DNA from: an uncultured Lentisphaerales bacterium
GTDB taxonomy: Bacteria; Verrucomicrobiota; Kiritimatiellia; RFP12; JAAYLN01
Assembly: GCA_964599645.1 (NCBI GenBank)
Contig: CAZRGQ010000001.1
Coordinates: 11,135-75,134, forward strand
Reading direction: 5' to 3'
Length of the DNA: 64,000 nt
Positions 1-9,497 of this stretch are shown here, one piece after another (within the stretch, counting starts at the first letter, position 1; the number at the start of each line of letters is the position of its first letter). The position numbers and the translations under genes were made by a program. Below the pieces are notes generated by a model. That model was not told the DNA's origin. It did no database searches and was given only the letters and a program-made list of their open reading frames with translations.

Positions 1-318
1 CGGCTGAATCTGATAGAAGCCGAGATTGATCCAGCGGTGACTGCCGTTGCGGGCCGGATAGAGGAAGGGCAGCAGGGTGCCGATAAAGCCGCCGATGGCA
101 ATCGGCAGCAGCAGCCAAAGGCTTTTCAGGTTACGGTAGTCGAAGCGTGAGACGATAAAGGCCACCACGATGCTCAACGCCAATGCCAGCCCTTGTCGGA
201 TGACAAAGGCGTTGGGCTTCGCAGGATCGACGGTCGAGCTGGCACTATAGACCAGGATCAGGCCGATAGTGAGCAGGAACAGTAGTGCGATCAGAAAGAT
301 CGAGACAGCTCGCCGCAC
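1..318 (-). CDS. ftsW: FtsW (SEDS family peptidoglycan glycosyltransferase/lipid II flippase), N-terminal part; the gene runs off the window start
   Basis: Minus-strand translation reads ...VRRAVSIFLIALLFLLTIGLILVYSASS...FVIRQGLALALSIVVAFIVSRFDYRNLKSLWLLLPIAIGG..., typical FtsW/RodA N-terminal TM helices. A GTG at 318 sits just downstream of the LysM gene stop (334-336). The position in the dcw cluster fits ftsW. Confidence 0.55.
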   Translation of the reverse strand, partial: MRRAVSIFLIALLFLLTIGLILVYSASSTVDPAKPNAFVIRQGLALALSIVVAFIVSRFDYRNLKSLWLLLPIAIGGFIGTLLPFLYPARNGSHRWINLGFYQIQP

Positions 319-333
319 CGCAACTCCGGAACG

Positions 334-1401
334 TTAGGGGTTCTGGGGTATCTTGAGCACGGTGCCGGGAATCAGCTCTGAGCCGGTGAGGTTGTTGGCC
401 GCCTTGATGGCCGCCGTGCTGACCGACCAGCGGATCGCGACGGAGTAGAGGTCCTCGCCAGCCACTACCGTATGGTTCTGGAAGGTGGCGGGAGCGGTGG
501 TGCCGGCATCAAGCTGCGGTATCGGCGGCGGCGGTGGCGCCGTCGTGGTATCGCTGATTGTGGTGCCGCTTGTCATGTGGACTGCAGCGTCAGGTGCGAC
601 GACCGGCACAGTTGGCGGCGCTATCGGCGCTACCGGCGGCGCAACCGGCGCTGCAGGCGGAGTCACAACCGTTGGCAGGGCGACGGGGGCGGTCGGTGCT
701 TTCACCTCTGTCTCGGCGGGGCGGGGACGCACGGGTGCCGTGGTTTCAGCGGCCTGCGGTTTGACGACCGGCTTTTCAGGGGCAACTGCTGCCTTGCCAC
801 CGGGGATTACCAGCTTCTGGCCGGCGAGAATCTTGTCGCTCGTCAGGTTGTTGGCCTTCTTCAGTGCGGCGGTTTTGATACCGTGGCGCTGTGCAATCAC
901 CGAGAGGCTGTCACCCGATTTAACCGTATAGAGGTTGGCGCCGGCCGGTGGGGTTACGGCCTTGCTCGTGGTGCTCACGGATGGGCGCACCGGTTTGGCG
1001 ATGTCGACCTTGCCGGGAAGCTGAATGGTCTGCCCTACGACGATACGGTTGGGGTTGAGGCCGGGGTTGACTGCGGCCACATCCTGCCAGCGCAGGCCGT
1101 AACGCGCGGCAATCGAAGAGAGCATATCGCCCTCCTTGACGGTGTAGGCGGTGGTAAGTTGAGGCCGTTCGGCTGCCGTCGGGATGGCAATGGGAGTATC
1201 AACCTTGAAGGTGGTGGCAGGTGGGATGACAATATGGGGCTCCAGCGCCACCGGCTCAGGCTCAAGAGCACCGGGCATGGGACGCAGGCGCATATCTTCG
1301 GCCTCACTGCCGCTATAGATGGTGGAACAGCCCTGCAGCAACGCAATGCCCACAACAGCACCGAGCGCGCTCAGGTAGTGACAGGGGTTGATGGTCTTCA
1401 T
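334..1401 (-). CDS. LysM-domain lipoprotein (three LysM repeats separated by Pro-rich linkers), putative peptidoglycan-binding protein
   Basis: N-terminus MKTINPCHYLSALGAVVGIALLQGCST is a lipoprotein signal with lipobox. Three LysM-like units: YTVKEGDMLSSIAARYG...QTIQLP, YTVKSGDSLSVIAQRHG...QKLVIP and HTVVAGEDLYSVAIRW...TVLKIP. Confidence 0.75.
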   Translation of the reverse strand: MKTINPCHYLSALGAVVGIALLQGCSTIYSGSEAEDMRLRPMPGALEPEPVALEPHIVIPPATTFKVDTPIAIPTAAERPQLTTAYTVKEGDMLSSIAARYGLRWQDVAAVNPGLNPNRIVVGQTIQLPGKVDIAKPVRPSVSTTSKAVTPPAGANLYTVKSGDSLSVIAQRHGIKTAALKKANNLTSDKILAGQKLVIPGGKAAVAPEKPVVKPQAAETTAPVRPRPAETEVKAPTAPVALPTVVTPPAAPVAPPVAPIAPPTVPVVAPDAAVHMTSGTTISDTTTAPPPPPIPQLDAGTTAPATFQNHTVVAGEDLYSVAIRWSVSTAAIKAANNLTGSELIPGTVLKIPQNP

Positions 1402-1413
1402 TTTTTCTCTTCC

Positions 1414-2820
1414 TTATTGTAGCATCGCAGCCGATGCTGTGCCCAAAGCATGCACCGAGTGCGCAAAACACTCGCCGCGCTCTTCGAAACTGACAAACTG
1501 GTCGAAACTGGCACACCCCGGCGCGAGGAGAACCGCCTCCCCGGCCTGTGCTCCAGCCGCTGCCGCTCTGACAGCCGCAGGCAGGTCGCCACAGATGACG
1601 GTTGCCACGACCGCTGACCAGACAGCAGCTAGAGAGTGCGCCGATTCGCCTATAAGATAAACTTTTTTGACGCGCTTTGCCAGCAACTCTTTTACAGCCT
1701 CCAAATTTGACTCTTTGAGGCGTCCGCCGGCGATGAGGTGAACCGGGTGGGGAGTCATCTCGACGGCTGCCGCAAGAGCTGTAAGCGAGGTCGCTTTGGA
1801 GTTGTCGATAAAGCTGACCCCCTGATGGCAGGCCACCAGCTCCATGCGATGCGGCAGTGGCTTGAAGCTGCGCAGGCCGGCCTCAATCTGCTGCGGGGTC
1901 AGGCCGCAGGTGTGGAGCGCCGCGCAGATGGCGGCGGCAGCCGGCCCGAGGATGGCGTTGTCGAACCAGGTGTTGGTGCAATTGTAAATGAGCTTGTGGC
2001 CGGTGGTGGAGTTGCTGATGTGTCCTGGAGTGTAGTGCCAGTCGCTGCCGACACCACCGAAGGTGGCGACGGTGACGGCGGAGGGGATATACCTGCCGGC
2101 CTCCGGCAGCGAGGCCGGCAGCAGGGCCAGATCACCCGCCTGCTGCTGTGCAAAGAGTCGGTATTTGGCGGCGGCATAGGCCACCATCGTCCGGTGACGG
2201 TCGAGGTGGTCGGGCTGGATATTGAGCAGCACCGCGATTTCGGGATGGAAAGCCGCAGCCTGCTCCAGTTGGAAGGAGCTGGCTTCCACCACCGCCCAGG
2301 GGCAGGTGGCGTGGTCGAGGACGGCCGCCGAGAGCGGCAAGCCGTAGTTGCCGGCGGCAATCGCCGGCTGGCCGGCCAACGTCAGGGTGTCGGCTGCCAG
2401 ACGCACGGCCGACGACTTGCCCTTGCTGCCGCTGACAGCGAGGATGCGCCCCGGCCAGAGATAGAAGCCGAGATCGAGCTCGGCCACGAGGGGGATGGCG
2501 CGCGCCCGGCAGGCCTGCAGCCAGGGATGGTCAACGGCAAAGGCGGGGCTGACGATCGCCAGCGTATAGGGCGTGGCGGGGAGTGTCGTAGCCGCAGCGT
2601 GGAGTTCGACGCCGAGTGCATCGAGTTGCGGCCGCAGTGGCGCCAGGCGCTCTTCAGAAGCCGCATCGAGCAGGGTCACGCGGTTGCCGCGCAGGCGTAG
2701 GAGACGGGCTGCTGCCAGACCGCTGATGCCGGCTCCGAGGATGGCAACGTGCTGCCCGCGGAAGGCGTTGTGAGGCGGGTTGGCGCTGTTCTGCCGTGGT
2801 TGCTCCGGAGAGTGGCTCAC
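1414..2820 (-). CDS. murD: UDP-N-acetylmuramoylalanine--D-glutamate ligase
   Basis: N-terminal Rossmann motif VAILGAGISGLAAARLL; ATP-binding region AVSGSKGKSS; DHLDRH and FIDNSKATS motifs characteristic of MurD. ATGA overlap with the murF stop. Confidence 0.8.
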   Translation of the reverse strand: MSHSPEQPRQNSANPPHNAFRGQHVAILGAGISGLAAARLLRLRGNRVTLLDAASEERLAPLRPQLDALGVELHAAATTLPATPYTLAIVSPAFAVDHPWLQACRARAIPLVAELDLGFYLWPGRILAVSGSKGKSSAVRLAADTLTLAGQPAIAAGNYGLPLSAAVLDHATCPWAVVEASSFQLEQAAAFHPEIAVLLNIQPDHLDRHRTMVAYAAAKYRLFAQQQAGDLALLPASLPEAGRYIPSAVTVATFGGVGSDWHYTPGHISNSTTGHKLIYNCTNTWFDNAILGPAAAAICAALHTCGLTPQQIEAGLRSFKPLPHRMELVACHQGVSFIDNSKATSLTALAAAVEMTPHPVHLIAGGRLKESNLEAVKELLAKRVKKVYLIGESAHSLAAVWSAVVATVICGDLPAAVRAAAAGAQAGEAVLLAPGCASFDQFVSFEERGECFAHSVHALGTASAAMLQ

Positions 2821-4235
2821 TTGGCAGCCTCCTGCCAGAGGGCCAGGGCGCGTTCGAGGGCGACCCCACGCGAGGCTTTGAGGAGCAGGGCATCGCCGGG
2901 CTGCAGCAGGTCGCTGAGGAGGTGGCCGGCCGTGGTGGTGTCGGCTGTGGTATGAATGGCACCGGCAAAGCCGTGTTCGCGGGCGGCGTCTGCGATCCAG
3001 GCACCGCCCTGGCCCACCCCCACCAGCACGGCGCAGCCGCTCGCGGCTACCGTGCAGCCGATGTCATGGTGAAAGCCGGCGGCTGCCGCGCCCAACTCGC
3101 GCATCTCGCCCAGCAGCAAGACCTGACGTCCGCTGGTGGCGGCGGCGAAGCTCCTGATCGCCGCCGCCATTGAGAGCGGACTGGCATTGTAGGCGTCGTT
3201 GATGACGGTAACGCCGTGGAGCTGCTGCTGCTCCCAGCGCATCGCCATGCCCGGCAGACGCGGCAACGTGGCGGCAATGGCCTCCCAGGTGACACCGCAC
3301 TGACGCGCTGCTGCAAGGGCCAGCAAGGCGTTGAGGATCACATGGCGTCCCGGACGTTGAAGAGTGAGTTGCAGGGGTTGCGCCAAATCGCGGGCATGGA
3401 GTGTAAAGGAGCCGCAGCAGTCGTCGCTCGCGCTGATGTAGTAGTCGGCATCGGTTTGAGTGAGTGAGACGGTGACAAGGCGCGCTGCTGTGGCCTGGCG
3501 CAATAGTTGGAGCCAGGGAGAGTCGGCATCGACTACGGCAAAGCCGCTGGCGGGCGTGGCACGCAACAGTGTCGCCTTCTCAGCGGCAATGGCCGCCACC
3601 GAGGGGAAGTGTTCGAGATGCACGGCACCGATGGTTCCCATGATGGCGGCAGCCGGGGCCAGAATCCGGCAGAGCGGGGCCAGTTCGCCCGGGTGGCTCA
3701 TGCCGAGTTCAAAGACGCCATACCGGGTGCCGGGCACCATCTGGAGCAGGCTGAGCGGCAGACCGACGTCGGTGTTGTAGTTGCCGCAGGTGGCGGCGGT
3801 GGTCGCCTTGGTGGCGAGCAGGGCAGCGGTCCAGCTTGTGAGGGTGCTCTTGCCGACACTGCCGCTGACGCCGATCATGAAGGGGTTGAGCTGCTGGCTC
3901 CAGGCGTGGCCCAGCCGCCCGAGCGCTGTCAGTGTCTGGTCGACACGCAGCAGCGGCAGTCCGGCGCACTCTGCTGGCGCTTGCCAGTCCGCTGCGACCA
4001 TGGCGGCGGCGGCACCGTTGGCAAAGGCGGCCGCCACGTAGTCGTGGCCGTCGACGGTCGCGCCGGGCAGGGCGACGTAGAGGTTGCCGGGGCGGATGGC
4101 ACGGCTATCGTGGACTACGCCGCGCAGCAGGGCGGGCGGGGCCGGCGTCCAATGGCCCTGCGACCAGGCGGCCACCGCAGCGGGGTCGAAGGGACGGTCG
4201 GCCGTCAGGGGCGTTGTGCGGCGTTCAGGCTCCAC
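2817..4235 (-). CDS. murF: UDP-N-acetylmuramoyl-tripeptide--D-alanyl-D-alanine ligase
   Basis: Mur ligase P-loop IGVSGSVGKST and the usual MurF domain order. The ORF extends to 4310, but the likely start is the GTG at 4235, giving a short overlap with the murE stop at 4225. Confidence 0.8.
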   Translation of the reverse strand: MEPERRTTPLTADRPFDPAAVAAWSQGHWTPAPPALLRGVVHDSRAIRPGNLYVALPGATVDGHDYVAAAFANGAAAAMVAADWQAPAECAGLPLLRVDQTLTALGRLGHAWSQQLNPFMIGVSGSVGKSTLTSWTAALLATKATTAATCGNYNTDVGLPLSLLQMVPGTRYGVFELGMSHPGELAPLCRILAPAAAIMGTIGAVHLEHFPSVAAIAAEKATLLRATPASGFAVVDADSPWLQLLRQATAARLVTVSLTQTDADYYISASDDCCGSFTLHARDLAQPLQLTLQRPGRHVILNALLALAAARQCGVTWEAIAATLPRLPGMAMRWEQQQLHGVTVINDAYNASPLSMAAAIRSFAAATSGRQVLLLGEMRELGAAAAGFHHDIGCTVAASGCAVLVGVGQGGAWIADAAREHGFAGAIHTTADTTTAGHLLSDLLQPGDALLLKASRGVALERALALWQEAAK

Positions 4236-5715
4236 GGGTGGCAAGCCTCCGCACCTCTTCACGGTCGTCAAAAGGTGTCTTGTGGTATTGGACCTCCTGA
4301 TAGGTCTCATGCCCCTTGCCGGCGATCAGGAGGGTGTCGCCCTGCGTGACGAGCTGCAGGCCGCGGGCGATGGCGCTGCGGCGCTCAGGTTCGGTCTGCA
4401 GGGTTTTGCCGGGGTGGGCCTGAAGATCGCAGCCGGCTAGGATATCGGCGATGATGGCGGCGGGATCTTCGGTGCGCGGGTTGTCGGAGGTGATGATGAT
4501 GTCGTCGGCCAGTTCAAGGGCCGCGCTGCCCATCAGCGGACGTTTGGTGCGGTCGCGGTCACCACCGCAACCGAAGACGAGCACGAGGCGTCCGGGAGTA
4601 ATCTCGCGCAGTGTGGCGAGGACGTTGCGCAGGGCGTCGTCGGTATGGGCGTAGTCGACAAAGATGGTGGCCGGATGGGGGGTGGCGACCCGTTCGAGCC
4701 GGCCCCAACGCGACTTAATCTGCGGCAGGGTGGCGATGATCAGCTCGAACGGCAGCTCGCAAGCGAGCGCCAGAGCGCTGGCACAGAGGAGGTTGGCGAC
4801 ATTGTAACGTCCCAGCAGGGCGCTTTTGATGGGGGCTGTGCCGCAGGGGGTGTTGAGCGTAAAACGTGTGCCGGCGCCACTGAGTTTGAGGTCGGCAGCG
4901 CTGATATCGGCCGCCGCCGTCAGGCCGTAAGTGACCACCTTAAGCGGCAGTTGGGCGAGCTGTTTGATGAGGCGCTGGCCGTAGGGATCGTCGGCATTGA
5001 TAATGGCAGGGTGTCCGGGGTTGAGAGCCGCCAGTTGCTCAAAGAGGCGCAGCTTGGTGGCGAAGTAGTTTTCAAGATCGTGGTGGTAGTCGAGGTGGTC
5101 GCGGGTCAGGTTGGTGAAGGCGGCGGCGGCAAAGCGGGTGGCCCCGGTGCGGTGTTGAACGAGCGCATGTGACGAGACCTCCATTACAGCGGCCTGGCAA
5201 TGGTCGTCGCGCATGGCGGCGAGGAGCCGCTGCAGCGTAATGGCGTCGGGAGTTGTCCGGCTGGCGGCGATCACCCGTTCGCCGTAGGCATACTCGACGG
5301 TTGAGAGGAGCCCCGTCTTGCGTCCGGCCGCCTGCAACAGGTCGCGCACAACTCCGGCGACGGTCGTCTTGCCGTTGGTACCGGTTACGCCGACCAGCTC
5401 CAGGCGGTGTGACGGCTGGCGGTAGAAGTTGGCTGCCATCTGTGCCACGGCTTGTCGCGCCTCTGCCACTTGAATCCAAGCCAGCTTGGAGGGGGGCGGC
5501 GGCTGGTCGCTGGCGATGGCCACCACGCCGCGGCTGCGGGCCTGCTCGATGTAGCGATAACCGTTATCGTGTGAGCCATGAATGGCCACAAAGAGATCGC
5601 CGCGCCGTGCCAGACGTGAATCGGAGCAGATGCCACTCAACTCCAGATTGGCGGCGGCGGTCGACTTGACGACCTCGACCCCGCTTAACATCTCTGACAG
5701 CTTAATGGCACTCAC
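4225..5715 (-). CDS. murE: UDP-N-acetylmuramoyl-L-alanyl-D-glutamate--2,6-diaminopimelate ligase
   Basis: GVTGTNGKTT P-loop and TSDNPRTEDP (DNPR motif specific to MurE). 4-nt overlap with ftsI. Confidence 0.85.
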   Translation of the reverse strand: MSAIKLSEMLSGVEVVKSTAAANLELSGICSDSRLARRGDLFVAIHGSHDNGYRYIEQARSRGVVAIASDQPPPPSKLAWIQVAEARQAVAQMAANFYRQPSHRLELVGVTGTNGKTTVAGVVRDLLQAAGRKTGLLSTVEYAYGERVIAASRTTPDAITLQRLLAAMRDDHCQAAVMEVSSHALVQHRTGATRFAAAAFTNLTRDHLDYHHDLENYFATKLRLFEQLAALNPGHPAIINADDPYGQRLIKQLAQLPLKVVTYGLTAAADISAADLKLSGAGTRFTLNTPCGTAPIKSALLGRYNVANLLCASALALACELPFELIIATLPQIKSRWGRLERVATPHPATIFVDYAHTDDALRNVLATLREITPGRLVLVFGCGGDRDRTKRPLMGSAALELADDIIITSDNPRTEDPAAIIADILAGCDLQAHPGKTLQTEPERRSAIARGLQLVTQGDTLLIAGKGHETYQEVQYHKTPFDDREEVRRLATRGA

Positions 5716-7442
5716 CAGACGCCTCCACTGCTGTTGTGCGCCATGTTTTCGTAGCGCGCTTCGCTCCCGCTTGGCACCTCCAGATATTGTGCCACGACGG
5801 TAGCGATATGGGCAAAGACTGGCGCCGAAACGACGCCACCGGTATGAAATTTCTGCGGTTTGTCGACCACCACGATGATGCCGAACTCCGGCTGCTCCGC
5901 CGGCACAAAGCCGACAAACGAGGCCCAGTAGTCGGTCTGTGAGTAGCCGCCGCCACCCGGCTGCAGCATCTGGGCGGTGCCGGTCTTGCCGGCCACAGTG
6001 TAGCCTGCAACGGCAGCACGCCGCCCGGTGCCACCTGTGGTAACGCCCTGCAACATACGGCGCATCTCGGCGGCCACTTCAGGACGGATGGGACGGGCGA
6101 TTACCGTCGGGCTGTTTTCCAAGATCACCTCGCCCTGCTGCGTTACCACCTTGCGCACCACATAGGGACGCATTACGCGCCCGCCGTTGGCCAGCGTGCA
6201 GTAGGCGTTCAACATCTGGAGCGGCGTCACCGAGACGCCCTGGCCGATGGCGATTCGTGTCGGTCTTACCGGCTCCCAGCTTGATGATGGAGGCAGCAGG
6301 CCGCGCTCTTCACCCGGCAGATCGATGCCGAGGATATCACCGAAGCCGAAGGCGCGCAGATAGCACTCCATGCGGCGATTGCCGAGCTTCAGGCCGATAA
6401 GCGCTGTGCCGATGTTGCTCGATTTGGCAATAATGGTGCGGACATCGACGCGGCCGTAGACCTTGTCACGCAGTGTGTGGCCGCCGTAGTACCACGATCC
6501 CTGACCGACATCGAAGGTCGAGTCGGGAGTGATCAGCCCCTCATTGAGGGCAGCGGCCACGATAATCGATTTCATCGTGGAGCCGGGGTCATAGATATGG
6601 GCGATGTTTGAGTTTTGCCACTGCTGCGGTATCGTCTGCCGATAGTTGGCCGGCTCGAAGTCCGGGTAGGAGGCCATGGCCAGAATCTCGCCGCTGTTGA
6701 CCAGTTGCACAATCGCACGAGCGGCACAGCCACCGCTGCTCTCCACAGCGGCAGCCAGAGCCTCCTCCACCACCTGCTGCATGTTGCGATCGAGCGTAAG
6801 ATAGACGTGGGCGCCATCGATCGCCTCGGCGGTACTGGTACGCCGGTCGCGGATTTCCCGGCCACGACCATCACGTGTGCCTTCAATCATGCCGTCGGTG
6901 CCTTGCAGATAGCGGTTGTAGTGTTGCTCGATGCCGGCCGAACCCACCTGTTCGCTATTGACAAAGCCGATCACATGCGACATGTTGCGCCCCAGCGGAT
7001 AGTGACGCTCCAGCACCCGCTCGATGCCGACGCCGCTGTAGCAGGATTTGTTGGTCACCAGCGTCAGCACCCGCTCATCATGCACCACCCCTTGTATCGC
7101 GTAACGCGACCGTTTGGCACGCAGATCGTAGAGCACAGCATCGATATCACGTCCGGTAAAGTCGGCAACCGCCTCGGCGATGGCCACTACGTCGTGCTTG
7201 GGATCAACGCTCTTGTAGTCGAGAAAGAGGCGACGCCCCGGATCAGTGGTGGCCACCGGCCGACCACCCCGGTCGTAGATAAAGCCGCGTGCCGCGGTGA
7301 GGGGACGGTGCCAGGAGGTAATGTTGCTGACCTTGTGGTCGCCCAGATGCAGGAGCGTCGCACGTGCCAGCAGCACCAGATACCAGCCTGCCAGCAGCAG
7401 CGGTACTAGCCAAAAGCGGAAAAGCTGTCCTCTATTGGGCAT
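5712..7442 (-). CDS. ftsI: penicillin-binding protein 2 / FtsI-type peptidoglycan D,D-transpeptidase
   Basis: N-terminal TM helix, transpeptidase motifs STMK (SxxK), SSN and KTGT; position after ftsL in the dcw cluster. Confidence 0.85.
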   Translation of the reverse strand: MPNRGQLFRFWLVPLLLAGWYLVLLARATLLHLGDHKVSNITSWHRPLTAARGFIYDRGGRPVATTDPGRRLFLDYKSVDPKHDVVAIAEAVADFTGRDIDAVLYDLRAKRSRYAIQGVVHDERVLTLVTNKSCYSGVGIERVLERHYPLGRNMSHVIGFVNSEQVGSAGIEQHYNRYLQGTDGMIEGTRDGRGREIRDRRTSTAEAIDGAHVYLTLDRNMQQVVEEALAAAVESSGGCAARAIVQLVNSGEILAMASYPDFEPANYRQTIPQQWQNSNIAHIYDPGSTMKSIIVAAALNEGLITPDSTFDVGQGSWYYGGHTLRDKVYGRVDVRTIIAKSSNIGTALIGLKLGNRRMECYLRAFGFGDILGIDLPGEERGLLPPSSSWEPVRPTRIAIGQGVSVTPLQMLNAYCTLANGGRVMRPYVVRKVVTQQGEVILENSPTVIARPIRPEVAAEMRRMLQGVTTGGTGRRAAVAGYTVAGKTGTAQMLQPGGGGYSQTDYWASFVGFVPAEQPEFGIIVVVDKPQKFHTGGVVSAPVFAHIATVVAQYLEVPSGSEARYENMAHNSSGGVW

Positions 7443-7466
7443 AAATCTGCCTCTCCGCCTCCCCGG

Positions 7467-7826
7467 TTAACGTCTGCTGGCCAGTTGTGATGTCGTGCGA
7501 TAGCCACCGTCGCCGCTCCCCTGACGCAGGTGTACCACCTGCTCACCACGCTGCAGCGCCATGTTAAGGCCATGCCGGAGCAGGGCGCACTCAATCTGCT
7601 CTGCGGTCGTGACACGCGCCCACTCGCTCTGCTCTGTGCGCAGCCTGTAGCTGTGGTCGTCGTTCGCCTCCTCCAGCTTCTTGATCTGTTCGCCAAGTGA
7701 GGCCGACATCGTGCCGAAGAGCACGTGGCAGATGCCGAAAAAGGCGAGTACGATCAACACCCCTACCAGTTTGACCGGCAAGGCGCGGGCTTCTGCCCGT
7801 CTTCTGCGATTACGTCTCTTTACCAT
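7467..7826 (-). CDS. ftsL: cell division protein FtsL-like (bitopic, coiled coil)
   Basis: 119 aa with a basic N-terminus, a single TM helix (LVGVLIVLAFFGICHVLF) and a coiled-coil-like region (KKLEEANDD...). Sits between rsmH and ftsI. Confidence 0.5.
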   Translation of the reverse strand: MVKRRNRRRRAEARALPVKLVGVLIVLAFFGICHVLFGTMSASLGEQIKKLEEANDDHSYRLRTEQSEWARVTTAEQIECALLRHGLNMALQRGEQVVHLRQGSGDGGYRTTSQLASRR

Positions 7827-8788
7827 GTGCTCTCCCCTCGCCCGTAGTAAGGAGTCTCCTCCTCCTGAAACCGTTGCACCGCACGCAGACGGGCTGAGCG
7901 GGCGCGCGGATTAAAACTGCACTCTTCAAGTGTGGGACGCAATGAGCGGCGGAAGACCCACGCCATACGTGGCTCCAGCCCGTCCCACTGGGAACCGCCC
8001 TGATACAGTGAGGCATAACGCCCCACATGGCGGCCCATACAACGCTTGACGATCCGGTCGCTCAAGCTTTCAAAAGTCAAAACGGCCAGGCGTCCGCCGG
8101 GTGCGAGACGCTCCATGGCGGCATCGAGGGCGTGACGCAACGCCTCCAGCTCACCGTTCACCTCCATGCGCAGCGCCTGAAAGATGCGTGTTGCCGGGTG
8201 GTGGCGCAGCCCCTGGCGGCGTCCGATAGTCGCCTGCACGAGGTTGGCCAACTGGCCGGTGGTGGTAATCGCCTCATCTTCACGCGCCCGCGCAATGGCC
8301 GTGGCGATGCGGCGCGCCTGCGGCTCCTCGCCCAGTCGGCGGAAGAGTTCGATCAACTCATCAACGCTATACCGGTTGATGATCGTGGCCGCCGTCAGCT
8401 CCTGCCGCTGATCCATGCGCATGTCGAGCGGACCATCCTGCATGAAGCTGAAGCCGCGCTCTGCGCTGTCGAGCTGAAAGGAGGAGACGCCGGTATCGAT
8501 CACAACGCCATCGAGCGCGTGGAAGCCATGCGCATCGGCCAGTTGCCCCAGATCGGCATGGTTGCCCTGCGCGTAAGTAACGCTGCCGGGAAACTGTGAT
8601 AGATACTTGGTCGCCCGTGTGATCGCCTCAGCGTCACGATCAATGCCGAGCAGGCGCACATCGGGTCCGGCGCGCCGCATGATCTCGGCGGCATGGCCAC
8701 CGCCACCGAGGGTAGCATCGAGATACGTGCCTCCCGGCTGTACGTCGAGACTGTCGATCGTCTCCTGTAGCATGACTGATAAATGCAC
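7820..8788 (-). CDS. rsmH: 16S rRNA (cytosine1402-N4)-methyltransferase
   Basis: MHLSVMLQETIDSLDVQPGGTYLDATLGGGGHAAEIM is the canonical RsmH/MraW N-terminus with SAM-binding motif. Follows mraZ. Confidence 0.85.
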   Translation of the reverse strand: MHLSVMLQETIDSLDVQPGGTYLDATLGGGGHAAEIMRRAGPDVRLLGIDRDAEAITRATKYLSQFPGSVTYAQGNHADLGQLADAHGFHALDGVVIDTGVSSFQLDSAERGFSFMQDGPLDMRMDQRQELTAATIINRYSVDELIELFRRLGEEPQARRIATAIARAREDEAITTTGQLANLVQATIGRRQGLRHHPATRIFQALRMEVNGELEALRHALDAAMERLAPGGRLAVLTFESLSDRIVKRCMGRHVGRYASLYQGGSQWDGLEPRMAWVFRRSLRPTLEECSFNPRARSARLRAVQRFQEEETPYYGRGESTW

Positions 8789-8796
8789 AATTACAC

Positions 8797-9222
8797 CTAA
8801 AAGTTGAGTTCTTCTGCGGCCCCGATGATATTGTCGAAGGCCTCCTGCTCGGACGGCACATTTTCAGCCGCCCATACCTGAACACGCGTCAAGGCGCCGA
8901 TCATGATGATGTCGCGTTTGACACCGATACGGTCGAGCAGATTGTCACGAATACGAATGCGTCCCTGATTGTCGACATCCAGCGTCTCTGTGATGGAGCC
9001 GGCCCAGGTCAGAAAATTGGCGGCACGCACATTGGTGAGGGCAGCCGACCGCAGCGGCTCCATACGAGCCTCAATCTCATGTTCCAGGAAGAGGTTGAGA
9101 CAGTTGAGGCGTGCCAGATCGAGCATAACGACTACCTGCTGCGGGTTGCCCATACGGTTACGCAGGGTAGCCGGGATAGTGACGCGCCGCTTCGGATCAA
9201 GACGGTAGGGGTAGCGCCCCAT
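8797..9222 (-). CDS. mraZ: transcriptional regulator MraZ
   Basis: Two SpoVT/AbrB-like halves (GRYPYRLDPKRRVTIPATLR and DNQGRIRIRDNLLDRIGVKRDIIMIGA). The track ORF extends to 9312, but the MraZ-like start is the M at 9222. First gene of the dcw cluster. Confidence 0.75.
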   Translation of the reverse strand: MGRYPYRLDPKRRVTIPATLRNRMGNPQQVVVMLDLARLNCLNLFLEHEIEARMEPLRSAALTNVRAANFLTWAGSITETLDVDNQGRIRIRDNLLDRIGVKRDIIMIGALTRVQVWAAENVPSEQEAFDNIIGAAEELNF

Positions 9223-9400
9223 CAGGGTGCCCACCACTGCCGGTTCGATCAATCTGTCATCGTTCGTTGTCACAATCCTCACTTCTTGACTTTTCGCCCC
9301 ACCATTAAACACTTTTCCCCACCAAACGTCAACCCCCCAGTGAAATTTATTTTTTACCCCCTTTTTTGCCCTGTTAGGGACAGACCCTAATCACACCATG

Positions 9401-9443
9401 TTGACACATAAACAGCAGAGCAAGAGTGGAACGTTGGTATAAT
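9401..9443 (+). promoter_or_regulatory. putative sigma70-type promoter with extended -10 (TGgTATAAT at 9435-9443), upstream of the 9498 gene
   Basis: TGGTATAAT is a perfect extended -10 in an otherwise GC-rich genome and lies 55 nt upstream of the ATG. TTGACA occurs at 9401-9406 but the spacing (31 nt) is too long, so the -35 element is uncertain. Confidence 0.3.
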
Positions 9444-9497
9444 GAAGCAGTTACGGCTCCTTTCATATAGTGTGCGCAACTGCAACCTCTGAGCCCG

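Noticed and set aside
472-1422. Long plus-strand ORFs antisense to real genes (examples: 472-1422, 1738-2700, 3507-4349, 6615-7409, 23031-24065, 24023-25168, 33620-34543, 63103-63915)
   Set aside because: They are Arg/Gly/Ala-rich low-complexity translations typical of the antisense strand in ~65% GC DNA. They overlap well-supported genes with recognisable motifs and lack RBS/start context.
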